A DNA stretch of 64,000 nt from Phycisphaerae bacterium (GCA_022180725.1 BQMO01000020.1:3380-67379), one strand, 5' to 3'; shown: positions 1 through 8,983, numbered from the stretch's first letter. Notes: generated by a model not told the origin, from the sequence alone. Made by a program: numbers and translations.

Positions 1-495
1 GGGTACACGGTCACGCTGAAGCGCGGCGACGAGCCGGGCTGGAGCCGCGCCGTGACCATTCACGGCCAAGGCACGCGGCTGCTGCCGGGCACGTACACCA
101 TCCGCCCGAAGCGCGACGCGCCGGCGCCCGAGGTGCTGCGGTGCGACGGGCTGCTCACCAGCGCGATCGTGCCCGTCGCGGACTTCGCGTACACCTTCGT
201 GTTGCGGGCCGACTGCAACGCCAACGGCATGGAGGACGAGGGCGAACTGCTCGCCGAGCCGGGCAAGGACCAGTGGCCGCTCAACGGCGTGATCGACGCG
301 TGCGAGGATTGCGAGGCCGACCTGAACTGCGACGGGGCGGAGAACCCGGGGGACGTGGAGATCATGGTGCGGGCGGTGGAGGGGGACTTCGCGGACTTCT
401 GCGGGTTCGACGCGGACTTCAACCACGACGGGGTGGTGAACGGGTTCGACATCGCGACGGTGGAAGACGTCGTCGGCGGCGGGCCGTGCCCGTAG
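1..495 (+). CDS. C-terminal part of a secreted protein ending in a dockerin-like module (5' end lies outside the window)
   Basis: Frame 1 is open from nt 1 (GYTVTLKRGDEPGW...), so the track ORF 52..495 is only its tail. The C-terminus CEDCEADLNCDGAENPGDVE...DADFNHDGVVNGFD...GGGPCP* contains the DxNxDGxxNxxD dockerin/EF-hand repeat twice and parallels the ends of the CDSs finishing at 3206, 5494 and 11446. Confidence 0.6.
   Translation, partial: GYTVTLKRGDEPGWSRAVTIHGQGTRLLPGTYTIRPKRDAPAPEVLRCDGLLTSAIVPVADFAYTFVLRADCNANGMEDEGELLAEPGKDQWPLNGVIDACEDCEADLNCDGAENPGDVEIMVRAVEGDFADFCGFDADFNHDGVVNGFDIATVEDVVGGGPCP
301..495 (+). repeat. dockerin-like C-terminal cassette, divergent copy (1 of 4)
   Basis: Same Cys...NCDG...DADFN(H/Q)DG...GGxxCP-stop layout as 3021-3206, 5309-5494 and 11261-11446, but clearly more diverged at the nucleotide level. 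Confidence 0.6.
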
Positions 496-517
496 CAGGG
501 GCACGCCCCGGGTCGTG

Positions 518-1408
518 TCAGGGGACCTCGAAGTACCGCGGGATGCTCTGCCCGTTGAAGGTCATCATCGTGTGCGAGTACGGCGAGACCTGCGGGTAGT
601 TCGTCGGCGGCTCATCCCACGAATCCAGGTACACGCGGATCAGGCCCGGGCCGGGCGGCACGAACTTCGCGTGCCCGTCGGTGAACGCGATGTTGTACCC
701 GTCCTTGCCGTGGTTGTTCCACGGGTCGGGGTAGTTGTTCACCCCGTCGGGGCGGCCGACGCCGGGCACCACCGACCCGTCGTTGTCGTTGTCCACGACG
801 AGGTAGCAGCGATCGGGGAACTGGATGCGCTTGTGGGTCTTGAGGGCGTTGCGCGTCGAGAGGTTGAAGACTTCCGTGAGGTCGTTGCGGCTCCAGCCGA
901 GTTGATCCCCGATGCTCACCGTCGTCGGCGTGCAGATCGTTGTGCCGTCGAGGTACTTGCCCGCGCTGAACCACGCGCGGATCTCGTAACTGTGCCCCCC
1001 GGCGTCGTCGTCGCGGTCCTTGGCGGCCCAAAACGTGTCGCGGATGAAGTCGCGCCCGTAGACCTGCTCGACAGGCTCCCCGCTTTCCTCGCTGAGCGTG
1101 AGGTTCTCGCGGATGCGGTTGCGGGTGCTGGGGCAGATGGCCGCCTGGTACGAGTCGAGGTACGTCGGGAAGAGCCACCCGATGTTGTCCTCCCAGTCGA
1201 AGAACGCGGGGATGAAGTACCCCGCGCGGACCTCGTTGGAGTACGTCATGCACGCCATGGCCAGTTGGCGCGTGTTCGAGAGGCACTTGGCCCGGCGGGA
1301 GGTTTCCCGCGCCCGGCCCAGCGAGGGCAGCAGGATGCCGATCAGCAGCGCAATGATCGCGATCACCACCAGCAACTCGATCAGCGTAAACCCGCGTCGG
1401 CGGTCCAT
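518..1408 (-). CDS. DUF1559-type pseudopilin-like protein (prepilin N-terminal cleavage/methylation domain plus H-X9-DG-like C-terminal motif)
   Basis: N-terminus [30 protein letters not shown] is a class III (type IV pilin/T2SS pseudopilin) signal. The C-terminal ...[20 protein letters not shown] resembles the H-X9-DG motif; by my count the spacing here is 10. Confidence 0.85.
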   Translation of the reverse strand: MDRRRGFTLIELLVVIAIIALLIGILLPSLGRARETSRRAKCLSNTRQLAMACMTYSNEVRAGYFIPAFFDWEDNIGWLFPTYLDSYQAAICPSTRNRIRENLTLSEESGEPVEQVYGRDFIRDTFWAAKDRDDDAGGHSYEIRAWFSAGKYLDGTTICTPTTVSIGDQLGWSRNDLTEVFNLSTRNALKTHKRIQFPDRCYLVVDNDNDGSVVPGVGRPDGVNNYPDPWNNHGKDGYNIAFTDGHAKFVPPGPGLIRVYLDSWDEPPTNYPQVSPYSHTMMTFNGQSIPRYFEVP

Positions 1409-1532
1409 GCGTCACTCCCGGACCATGCAGTGTACCCGTCCTCGCGCCGCGGCGGAATCCTGATTCTTCTGGACGCCCACGCAAAACTCGCTACGCTGAG
1501 ACTCCCGCCCCGGGCGGATTCAGGAGCCTCCC

Positions 1533-3206
1533 ATGCGTTTGCTCGCTGCGTGCGCCGCCGTGATCATCTCGCCCGCCGTCCTGGCGCAGCCCTCGGTCTT
1601 CGTGGACTGCGCGGGCGCGAGCATCTCGTCGCTCTCGACGAATCCGCCCGATGTCGTCCGCACCAGCACCGGGACGATCGATGCCGCCGCGGGCTACACC
1701 TTCGCGTTCAACCCGATCGTCCGCGGCACGGGCTTCCTCGGCGTCATCGTCATCCCCAACGACACACCCCTAGGCGACGTGCTCAACGGGTTCGTGGTCG
1801 GCTCGCAGCGCACGCTCTATGGGGCCGTGCGCAACCCCGGGGCGGGCGTGCCGGTCACGCTCGACAGCGAGACCATCGCCGGCACGTTCTCGGGGATCAG
1901 CATCTCGCTGACGTTCGAGCAGTCCATCCTCGCCGACCGCCGCGGCCGCAGCGCTATCCGCAACATCGTGAAACCCTTCGGCCTGGGCATCAACGTCGTC
2001 TCCGGGGGCGGGGTCTTCCAGACGTTCAATCCCCCGCCCGCCACCGTGTCGGAGTTCCACTTCGAGGGCAATCTTCAATCCGTGCGCCAGTCGGGCATGG
2101 CGCCAGCCTCGGGTTTCGGGCTGCTGCGATACCTCGACGATTCCGCGTTCGGCCCGATCCTCGGCGGGCCCGCCGAGATCAACGCCTACCCCAACCCGCC
2201 CACGCCGCAGAACGTCACACAGGCACAATCATCCTTCGGGCTGGCGTCGTCGTTCGGGCTGCCCCTGCCCGGCGGCGAGGACGACGTCGTTTACAAGACC
2301 AGCCCGCCCCGCAACGCCGCCGACCCGTCGAACCAGGCCAAGTCCCGCGGCCTGGGGCTGGCCTTCTGGCCCAACACGCGCCACTACTGGCCCGAGGACC
2401 GCAACGGGCAATGGACCTTCGTCTGGGACCTGCTGATTCCATCCGCCGCGTGGGCCAATGAGTTCGCCGCGTGTCTCATCGAGGACAATCACAACAACGA
2501 CCAGTCCGCCGACGCCTTCATCCGCGTCGTGGGTGGGCAGGCCCGTTTCGGGTACCAGGTCCCCTTCGCCAATGACATCGCCCTGCCCGGCGTGCAGCCC
2601 AACCAGTGGTTCCGCCTCGCCATCGCCAGCGACGGGTACCGCACGAAGGTGGGCCGGGTCTTCGTCAACGGCGTGTACGTTGGCTCAACCGGGGGCGACT
2701 GGGTCTACGCCTCGTGTAACAAGGACAACCCGCGCTGGGGCGACGTGTCGTCCACCAACCCGACCGGCACCGCCGTGGCCCCGGCGACGTGGAACGCCTG
2801 GGGCCAGTTCCCCAGCCCCTGGGCGCAGGCGCCCAACGCCTCGCTCGCGCCGATGGCATCGACTGTCTGCCTTTTCGCCGACCTGCAAGGCCGCGGCGAG
2901 AGCATCTACATCGCCAACATGCTCTACACCGACGAAACGCTCACCGACGCTCAGATCGGCGCGCTGGGCGGTGTGAATGCCCGCGGCATCGTCCACCTGC
3001 GCCCGCCCCCCGCGCCCGCGTGCGACCCCGACGTGAACTGCGACGGGGCCGCCAACGGCGTGGACGTGGAGGTGCAGGAACTCGCCGTCGGCGGTGATTT
3101 CAGCGACTACTGCCAACCCGACGCGGACTTCAACCAGGACGGCGCGATCAACGGGTTGGACGTCGAGGCCGTCGAACTCGTCGTCGGCGGCGACCCGTGC
3201 CCGTAA
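1533..3206 (+). CDS. secreted protein, possible LamG/concanavalin-like central domain, dockerin-like C-terminal module
   Basis: Sec signal MRLLAACAAVIISPAVLAQ. The central segment ...NQWFRLAIASDGYRTKVGRVFVNGVYVGS... has LamG-like flavour (tentative). The last 61 aa are CDPDVNCDGAANGVDVEVQELAVGGDFSDYCQPDADFNQDGAINGLDVEAVELVVGGDPCP*. Confidence 0.75.
   Translation: MRLLAACAAVIISPAVLAQPSVFVDCAGASISSLSTNPPDVVRTSTGTIDAAAGYTFAFNPIVRGTGFLGVIVIPNDTPLGDVLNGFVVGSQRTLYGAVRNPGAGVPVTLDSETIAGTFSGISISLTFEQSILADRRGRSAIRNIVKPFGLGINVVSGGGVFQTFNPPPATVSEFHFEGNLQSVRQSGMAPASGFGLLRYLDDSAFGPILGGPAEINAYPNPPTPQNVTQAQSSFGLASSFGLPLPGGEDDVVYKTSPPRNAADPSNQAKSRGLGLAFWPNTRHYWPEDRNGQWTFVWDLLIPSAAWANEFAACLIEDNHNNDQSADAFIRVVGGQARFGYQVPFANDIALPGVQPNQWFRLAIASDGYRTKVGRVFVNGVYVGSTGGDWVYASCNKDNPRWGDVSSTNPTGTAVAPATWNAWGQFPSPWAQAPNASLAPMASTVCLFADLQGRGESIYIANMLYTDETLTDAQIGALGGVNARGIVHLRPPPAPACDPDVNCDGAANGVDVEVQELAVGGDFSDYCQPDADFNQDGAINGLDVEAVELVVGGDPCP
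3021..3206 (+). repeat. 186-nt dockerin-like C-terminal cassette (copy 2 of 4)
   Basis: Same length and frame as 5309-5494 and 11261-11446, with long identical nucleotide runs (e.g. gacgtcgaggccgtcgaactcgtcgtcggcgg). Confidence 0.8.
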
Positions 3207-3208
3207 CA

Positions 3209-3253
3209 CCCCCTCCCCGCGAAGCGCGGCACCTCCCCCTTCGGGGGAGGACC
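3209..3253 (+). repeat. GC-hairpin intergenic repeat, copy A (stem cctccccc / gggggagg, loop ttc/ttcg)
   Basis: ccccctccccgcgaagcgcggcacctcccccttcgggggaggacc is repeated almost verbatim at 3325-3370. Confidence 0.7.
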
Positions 3254-3263
3254 TGCTTCTGAT

Positions 3264-3281
3264 CCTCCCCTCAGGGGGAGG
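3264..3281 (+). repeat. related short GC hairpin (cctcccc tcag ggggagg)
   Basis: Perfect 7-bp stem of the same CCTCCCC/GGGGAGG composition, lying between copies A and B. Confidence 0.5.
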
Positions 3282-3324
3282 TGGCGAGTCCTCGAGCCGG
3301 AGGGGGTGCGGCGTGAACTTGATT

Positions 3325-3370
3325 CCCCCTCCGCCGCGGAGCGCGGCACCTCCCCCTTCGGGGGAGGACC
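3325..3370 (+). repeat. GC-hairpin intergenic repeat, copy B
   Basis: ccccctccgccgcggagcgcggcacctcccccttcgggggaggacc. The 3' 31 nt are identical to copy A. Confidence 0.7.
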
Positions 3371-3375
3371 CTCTT

Positions 3376-3400
3376 GGGTAGCCCGGCACTCCGTGCCGGG
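3376..3400 (+). repeat. REP-like 25-nt palindromic element (gggtagcccggcactccgtgccggg)
   Basis: 8-bp stem cccggcac/gtgccggg with loop tcc. Identical copy at 17747-17771, degenerate copy at 17788-17812, inverted copy with a compensatory stem change at 24317-24341. Shows up in the ORF track as the peptide GSPALRAG. Confidence 0.75.
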
Positions 3401-3526
3401 TATGAGCCCGGACATTCTCGGCCCTGGCGCACGACGAACATCCCTCTTGCACCGGGCCGAATATCGCGTATCGTGTTGGTGCTCGGCGTGTGTGGGAGAC
3501 CCCGGGCCGATACGAGGAGCACCGCC

Positions 3527-5494
3527 ATGACCACTCCCCGCACGCACCTTGCCTTGGCGATCATCGCCGCCGCTGGTTCCGCGTCCGCCGTGCTCGCCCA
3601 GCCCATGAACTGGGACGGTTCGTGCGGAACGAACCTCTGGAGTTCGTGCTGCTGGAACGGGCAGAGCGGCGGCGCGTGCCAGAACAACAACAACTTCGCC
3701 TCCGGCTCGGCGGCATGCCCCGACTGCCCGCCCTATCCCGGCGTCACCAACGACGTGGACATGGGTTGGGCCAGCGTGACGCTCGACGTGCCCGGCACGG
3801 TGCGTTCGATGTTCGCGTGGTCGCCCTTTACGCTGGCGAATGACCTTTACGCCGCCGACCAGGCCATGTTCGGCGGGCAACTCACCGTGATGCCCGGCGG
3901 CGCGATGCGTCACGGGGTGTTCATCTCCGAAGCAACCGCGACCATCGTGAGCGGGCTGGCGATCCGCGAGGGGGCCGAGTATCGCGTGCAGGGCGTCACC
4001 ACGTGGCAGGGCGGCGGTATCACGCTCGATGAATCCATGCTCAAGGTGCTGCCCGGCGCGACGTTCCGCTGCCAGGCCAACGCCGCCATCGCGCCCGAGT
4101 CTGTGCTCGGGCAGATCGTGAACACCGGCACGTTCCGCAAGGACTCGGGCACGGGCACGACGACCGTCAACGCGCTGGTCACGTCCAACGCGCTGATCTC
4201 CGCCGAGGTCGGCGTGCTCGACCTGGTGGCCGGGGGCACGCTGTCGGGATACATCCAGTCCCTCGCCGCGGGCACGCTGCGGCTGTCGGGGTCTTCGCCC
4301 TTCGTGGTGAACACCTCGCTGACCACCACGGGGGCCGGGCAGTTCCATGTCAACGCGCCGTTCACGGTGCCCGCCGGGGCCACCGCTTCGTCGAATCACG
4401 TCACCTTCGGCGCGAACACGCTCCGCGACGGGGCGGGCATGCACACCATCGTCGGCAACGCGTCCTTCCGCGGCACGTTCGACGGCGGTGGATCGACCGA
4501 GACCGAGCTCGGGTCGTTCCTCACGGTGCCCGCCTCGGCGTCCGTGTCGCTCCCCAATCACCTGCTCGTCCTCAACGGGCCGAGTTCCTGGGGCGCGAAC
4601 GTTGCGTTGGCGATGGGGGCGTCGTCCATGATCCGCAACCATGGTTCGCTGACCGTGAACGGGGACATCACCGCTACGGCGATTTCGCCGACGCCGGGCG
4701 TCGTTCGCAACCACGTCGATTGGATCAAACTCTCGGGCGCCGGCGACTCGCTGTTCGACGTTCAGTTCTTCAACCACGCCTCGTTCACGCTCTTCGCCGG
4801 CACGCTGTATTGCCGCGCCTTCACCCAGGTGAGCGGTTTCTCCATGCTCTCGGGCGGATCGCTGGGGATTCTCAATGGCGGAACCGCCGACATCCTCGCC
4901 GGTACTATCGGCGGCACGGCCGCGGTCCGCGGCTCGCTCCGCCTCGTCGTCGCGACGCTGGCCCCGGGCAACGCCGTCGGCGCGTTCGCCGTGCTCCGCG
5001 CCCCCGGCGGCGGGCCGGCCAACCTCACGTTTGACTCGCCGCAGTCGCGCCTGGAGATTGATATCAACGGCGTCAACCCCGGCTCGTTCGACACGGTCGT
5101 GGTCGAGGACCACGCCGTGCTCGCCGGGACCGTCCGCGTCACGTTCACCGGCGGGTTCGTCCCGCAAGTCGGCCAGTCGTTCCGCATCCTCAGCGCCGGC
5201 TCGATCGCGGGCGCGTTCCTCACGCTCGACAAAGTCAACGCGCCGCCCGATCTGCCCATGACGCTCGTCTACGACGCCGCGGGCGTCACGCTCGTGATCG
5301 GGCCGACGTGCGACCCCGACGTGAACTGCGACGGCGCCGTCAACGGCATCGATGTCGAGATCCAGGAACTCGCCGTCGGCGGGGACATGGCCGACTACTG
5401 CCTCCCCGACGCCGATTTCAATCAGGACGGCGCGGTGAACGGCACCGACGTCGAGGCCGTCGAACTCGCCGTCGGCGGGGGCGGTTGCCCGTAG
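3527..5494 (+). CDS. secreted beta-strand-repeat (autotransporter-passenger/adhesin-like) protein with dockerin-like C-terminal module
   Basis: ATG 3527 is preceded by GAGGAG (3514-3519). Sec signal MTTPRTHLALAIIAAAGSASAVLAQ. Gly/Thr/Asn-rich repeats (GTFRKDSGTGTTTVNALV...). Last 61 aa are CDPDVNCDGAVNGIDVEIQELAVGGDMADYCLPDADFNQDGAVNGTDVEAVELAVGGGGCP*. The track start 3374 (TTG) was rejected because it reads through the REP-like element. Confidence 0.75.
   Translation: MTTPRTHLALAIIAAAGSASAVLAQPMNWDGSCGTNLWSSCCWNGQSGGACQNNNNFASGSAACPDCPPYPGVTNDVDMGWASVTLDVPGTVRSMFAWSPFTLANDLYAADQAMFGGQLTVMPGGAMRHGVFISEATATIVSGLAIREGAEYRVQGVTTWQGGGITLDESMLKVLPGATFRCQANAAIAPESVLGQIVNTGTFRKDSGTGTTTVNALVTSNALISAEVGVLDLVAGGTLSGYIQSLAAGTLRLSGSSPFVVNTSLTTTGAGQFHVNAPFTVPAGATASSNHVTFGANTLRDGAGMHTIVGNASFRGTFDGGGSTETELGSFLTVPASASVSLPNHLLVLNGPSSWGANVALAMGASSMIRNHGSLTVNGDITATAISPTPGVVRNHVDWIKLSGAGDSLFDVQFFNHASFTLFAGTLYCRAFTQVSGFSMLSGGSLGILNGGTADILAGTIGGTAAVRGSLRLVVATLAPGNAVGAFAVLRAPGGGPANLTFDSPQSRLEIDINGVNPGSFDTVVVEDHAVLAGTVRVTFTGGFVPQVGQSFRILSAGSIAGAFLTLDKVNAPPDLPMTLVYDAAGVTLVIGPTCDPDVNCDGAVNGIDVEIQELAVGGDMADYCLPDADFNQDGAVNGTDVEAVELAVGGGGCP
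5309..5494 (+). repeat. 186-nt dockerin-like C-terminal cassette (copy 3 of 4)
   Basis: A manual alignment to 11261-11446 gives roughly 18 mismatches in 186 nt. It includes a 52-nt identical run, ttcaatcaggacggcgcggtgaacggcaccgacgtcgaggccgtcgaactcg. Confidence 0.8.
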
Positions 5495-8131
5495 TTACTT
5501 GGCCCGCGCGGCCCAGGCCTCGGCCTGATCGCGCTGCCCTGCGGCCGCGTAGTGCGTTTCCAAAGTCCGCGCCGCCGCTCGTGTGCGTTTGTCCGTCTCG
5601 CCCACCGTCTTCGCCAGCACGCGATAGCACTCGAGCAACTCGCGCTCCGCGTCGTCGGGCCGCCCGAGCAGGTCCAACCCCTTGCCCAGGTTCCCGCGGA
5701 ACACCCCGGTGAAGTACGCGTCCGGGCCGAGCGTCTCCACCGCCGTCTCGACGGCCTTGTGGAGATGGGCCTCGCCGGTGGTCGCGTCCCCCGTCTGCAC
5801 CAGGCGCAGGCCCACGGCGCTGTAGGAGATCAGCGTCCCGGTGTTTCGCTCGCCCAGCACGCGCCGCCGCGTTGCCAGCGCTCGGCGATCCAGGTCGAAC
5901 GCTTCATCCGCCCGCCCGAGGTCGCGGCAGAGCGCCGCGAGGTTTGACATAGTGACCAGCGTGTGCGGATGCTCCTCGGTGAGCACTTTGATGCGAAGGT
6001 CGAGCGTGCGGCGCATCAACCGCTCGGCCTCGTCGAACTTCCCCACCTCATGCATGGCTTTCGACAGGTTGTGCGCGAAGGTCAGCGACGTCGGGTTCTC
6101 CTCGCCCAGCGTCCGTCGGGCCGCCTCTTCCCCGCGACGCAGGATCGTTTCCGCCTCGTCGAAGCGGCCACGCTGAATCAGGAGTGTTCCCAGATTGCTG
6201 ATGGCGCTGAGGGTGTCGTCGTGCTCGTCGCCCAGCAGGGTCGAGAGGCCGTCGATCGCGCGGCGGTACATGCGTTCCGCCGTGTCGTACGCGCCCGTGC
6301 TGTGCAGCGCCGAGGCGTAGTTTCCGATCATCGTGAACTGTCCGGGCGTGAGGGCGCGTCCGCGCGCGTCGATCCGCGCGATCTCCTGCTCGTACAGCGA
6401 GAGCGCCTCGGGCACGCGCTCCATCTGACGCAGGCACACCGCCAGGTTGCCCACGGTGTCCTCGTACTCCGGCCCGTCGGCCGCCTGTGCGTCGAGTTGG
6501 TCCTGCATCGACGCGCGGAAGACGACCTCCGCCTCCGCGTTCTTCCCGCGGTAGTGCAGTGCCAGCCCCAGGATGTCGTTGGCCCGCACCCGGACCCGAT
6601 CGGCCAGCGGGAAGTTCGCTATCGCCTCTGAGGCTTCCCGGGCGATGGCCTCGCCCTCGTCCAGCTTGCCCTGACGGCAGCGGAGGTACCCGAACCGCGC
6701 GAGCGCACGCAGGGCTTCGGGGTGAGCGGGGCCGTGAATCTCCCGGCGGAGGTCGCGGGCGAGCGCCATGAGCGGCTCGGCCTGGTCGAACTGTCCGAGC
6801 GCGATGTACGTGTCGCCCATCGCCGCCGCCAGGATCGCCCGTGACGCCGGCGAGAGCGAGGTATCATCCAGCCGGAGCCGTGCCGAGCGGAGCAGATCGA
6901 CGACGCGCACGTTGCGCCCGTCGACGCCGGGGTTCGGCGAGGCAAGCATGTCGCGGAGGAACCCGACCGCCGCGGACTTCTCGTCGAGTTCCCGTCGTGC
7001 GTCCCCGAGTGATTGCCGGGCCTGCTGTTCCGATTCCGTGGCCCGCGCGTACAGCACGCTGAGCCAGATAGCGCCGCCGATCAGCACCGCCAGCACCACC
7101 ACCATGGCCGCGGCCTCGCGCCGGTGCCGCTTCAGCAGTTTGCGCAGCGTGTACCACGTGTGATCCTGGCGCGCGCGGATCGGTTCGTCCCGCAGCCACG
7201 CGCGGACGTCGTGCGCCAGGTCCATCGCGCTCTGATACCGCCGATCGGGTTCCTTCGCCAGGCACGTGAGCACCATGGTCGCCAAGTCCTCGTCGAGGCC
7301 GGGAGCGATTGACCGGGGCGGCACCGGGTCGTGCTCGCGGATGTGCCGGATCGTGCTCACGACGTCCCCCTCCACGGGGTACGGGAATCGCCCCGTCAGC
7401 ATCTGGTACAGCATCACGCCCAGCGCGTACACGTCGCTGCGCACGTCCACCGCCGCAGGGTCGCCCATCGTCTGTTCCGGGCTGGCCCACGGCAGCGAGC
7501 CGAAGATCTGCCCCGCCACGCTCACGTCGGGCACGTCCTGCCCGTGCGCCTTGGCCAGCCCGAAGTCCAGCACGCGGGGCTTGCCCGCGAGATCGATCCG
7601 CACGTTCGAGGGCTTCAGGTCGCGGTGGATCACGCCGCGCTGGTGCGCATGGGCCACCGCGTCGACGATGCCGGCGTACATCTCGACGCGCCGACATCGC
7701 TCTACCTCGTCCGCCGCACTCGTCCCCCGAGGGGCGGGCGTGGCGCGGAGCACCTCGTCGAGCGGCTGCCCGTCGACAAACTCCATCACCAGATAGGCCA
7801 GACCGTCCGTAGTGCCTCCGCGGTCATACACGCGAACGATGGCGGGGTGTCGCAGGCTGGCGGCGAGTTCGGCCTCGCGCTCGAACCGCGCCCGCGCCGT
7901 CGGGGAGGCCAACGCCCCACCCAGCAGCACCTTGATCGCCACCCGCTGCCGTGTCGACCGCTGCACCCCCGAGAAGACCACGCCCTGACCGCCGCGTTTG
8001 ATCTCTGTGAGGTCTTCATACCCCGGGATCGTCGGCACGACGATCCCCGCGTGAACCCGGCGGGCCAGCCCGAGGATCGATCCCTCGTCGTGGTACCACG
8101 CCGAGCCGGTGTTGTCCGCCGTCCGCGTCAT
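5495..8131 (-). CDS. Ser/Thr protein kinase with transmembrane segment and C-terminal TPR-repeat domain
   Basis: Hanks kinase motifs GGQGVVF, VAIKVL, HRDLKPSNV and DFGLAK. TM helix AAMVVVLAVLIGGAIWLSVLY. About 480 aa of TPR-like repeats follow. Starts 19 nt downstream of the ECF sigma gene. Confidence 0.9.
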   Translation of the reverse strand: MTRTADNTGSAWYHDEGSILGLARRVHAGIVVPTIPGYEDLTEIKRGGQGVVFSGVQRSTRQRVAIKVLLGGALASPTARARFEREAELAASLRHPAIVRVYDRGGTTDGLAYLVMEFVDGQPLDEVLRATPAPRGTSAADEVERCRRVEMYAGIVDAVAHAHQRGVIHRDLKPSNVRIDLAGKPRVLDFGLAKAHGQDVPDVSVAGQIFGSLPWASPEQTMGDPAAVDVRSDVYALGVMLYQMLTGRFPYPVEGDVVSTIRHIREHDPVPPRSIAPGLDEDLATMVLTCLAKEPDRRYQSAMDLAHDVRAWLRDEPIRARQDHTWYTLRKLLKRHRREAAAMVVVLAVLIGGAIWLSVLYARATESEQQARQSLGDARRELDEKSAAVGFLRDMLASPNPGVDGRNVRVVDLLRSARLRLDDTSLSPASRAILAAAMGDTYIALGQFDQAEPLMALARDLRREIHGPAHPEALRALARFGYLRCRQGKLDEGEAIAREASEAIANFPLADRVRVRANDILGLALHYRGKNAEAEVVFRASMQDQLDAQAADGPEYEDTVGNLAVCLRQMERVPEALSLYEQEIARIDARGRALTPGQFTMIGNYASALHSTGAYDTAERMYRRAIDGLSTLLGDEHDDTLSAISNLGTLLIQRGRFDEAETILRRGEEAARRTLGEENPTSLTFAHNLSKAMHEVGKFDEAERLMRRTLDLRIKVLTEEHPHTLVTMSNLAALCRDLGRADEAFDLDRRALATRRRVLGERNTGTLISYSAVGLRLVQTGDATTGEAHLHKAVETAVETLGPDAYFTGVFRGNLGKGLDLLGRPDDAERELLECYRVLAKTVGETDKRTRAAARTLETHYAAAGQRDQAEAWAARAK

Positions 8132-8150
8132 GGTGCTCCGGCCCCCGTGT

Positions 8151-8741
8151 TTACCCTTCGTCCGCGATCTGGGCCTCGATGATCGCCGAGAGGCGCTTCA
8201 GTATCCGGCTCTTGGCCTGATAGACCGCGTCGACGCTCATCGCCAGTTCCTTCGCCACCTCGCCCGCGCCTCGCCCTTCCACCGCATACATCGCGAATGC
8301 GCGACGATCCGCTTCGGCATACTCCGTCTCGATGACTCGCATCGCGCGCCGGTAGTGATACTGCCGCCATTCCTGCTCCCACGGGTCGTCGTCGCTGTCG
8401 ATGCCGACGCCCTCTGCCTGTGATAGTCCCCCCGCGGGAGGGTTCTGACGCCATTTCCGAGCAATCGCGTTGTTCACCACCGTCTTGAGGTATGATCGGA
8501 ACAGGCCTTTCCCGGGGTCATAGTTGAAGTTCCCCATCGCCTTCGACAGCGAGAGCAGCACCTCCTGCTCCACGTCCTCGATATCCGCCGCCTGAAGCCC
8601 CCGCCGGACACAAAACCCGCGGATCAACTCCGAATAGCGGCCTTTGAACTCCACCCAGGCGGCGAAATCCCCCACGTCGGCGAGCCGGGCAAGCAGAGTG
8701 GAATGAGTGGCGGTCTGGCTGAACACGCACTCAGAATACAC
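8151..8741 (-). CDS. ECF-type RNA polymerase sigma-70 family factor
   Basis: About 195 aa. Region-2-like DIEDVEQEVLLSLSKAMGNFNY...FRSYLKTVVNN and a region-4 HTH GEVAKELAMSVDAVYQAKSRILKRL. GTG start. No anti-sigma gene adjacent. Confidence 0.85.
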   Translation of the reverse strand: MYSECVFSQTATHSTLLARLADVGDFAAWVEFKGRYSELIRGFCVRRGLQAADIEDVEQEVLLSLSKAMGNFNYDPGKGLFRSYLKTVVNNAIARKWRQNPPAGGLSQAEGVGIDSDDDPWEQEWRQYHYRRAMRVIETEYAEADRRAFAMYAVEGRGAGEVAKELAMSVDAVYQAKSRILKRLSAIIEAQIADEG

Positions 8742-8983
8742 GATGAATCAACGGGTTACGAGAAAAACCAATCCGCGGCCGACCTGTACCGCCGGCGATT
8801 CGTCACAAATTCACATTTACGTCCTGAAACGTCGTGGCCCATGTCAATCCCGTCCACGTGCTTGAGTTTCAAACGGAACCGCGAGCAACACAGACAGATG
8901 TTAGGGGTTAGTTCATACGTCTTTGATCGACTGAAACCACGATCCTGACGGCTGCGAATGGACATGACCGGGCGGGTTGCTGA

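Noticed and set aside
515-2461. 648-aa + strand ORF overlapping the pseudopilin-like gene and the start of the LamG-like gene
   Set aside because: Arg/Pro/Gly/Ala-rich low-complexity translation (…[25 protein letters not shown]…) with no motifs. It is an off-frame or antisense shadow of two ORFs that do have clear signatures. Such shadows are typical of high-GC DNA.
3374-3526. N-terminal extension of the 3374..5494 track ORF (TTG start, MGSPALRAG...)
   Set aside because: It is the translation of the REP-like element and intergenic DNA. A proper ATG with GAGGAG and a Sec signal begins at 3527.
3107-5167. 686-aa minus-strand ORF antisense to the beta-strand-repeat gene
   Set aside because: Shadow ORF. 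It has an Arg/Gly/Glu/Asp-dominated composition, runs through the intergenic hairpin repeats, and has no start context. The + strand protein has a signal peptide, repeats and a dockerin-like end.
8826-8854. ECF-type promoter look-alike TGAAAC ... CGTC in the sigma / M1-peptidase divergent spacer
   Set aside because: By my count the spacing between AAC and CGT is 20 nt, too long for the usual 16-17 nt. The orientation would drive the peptidase, not the sigma gene. There is no second copy to support a motif.
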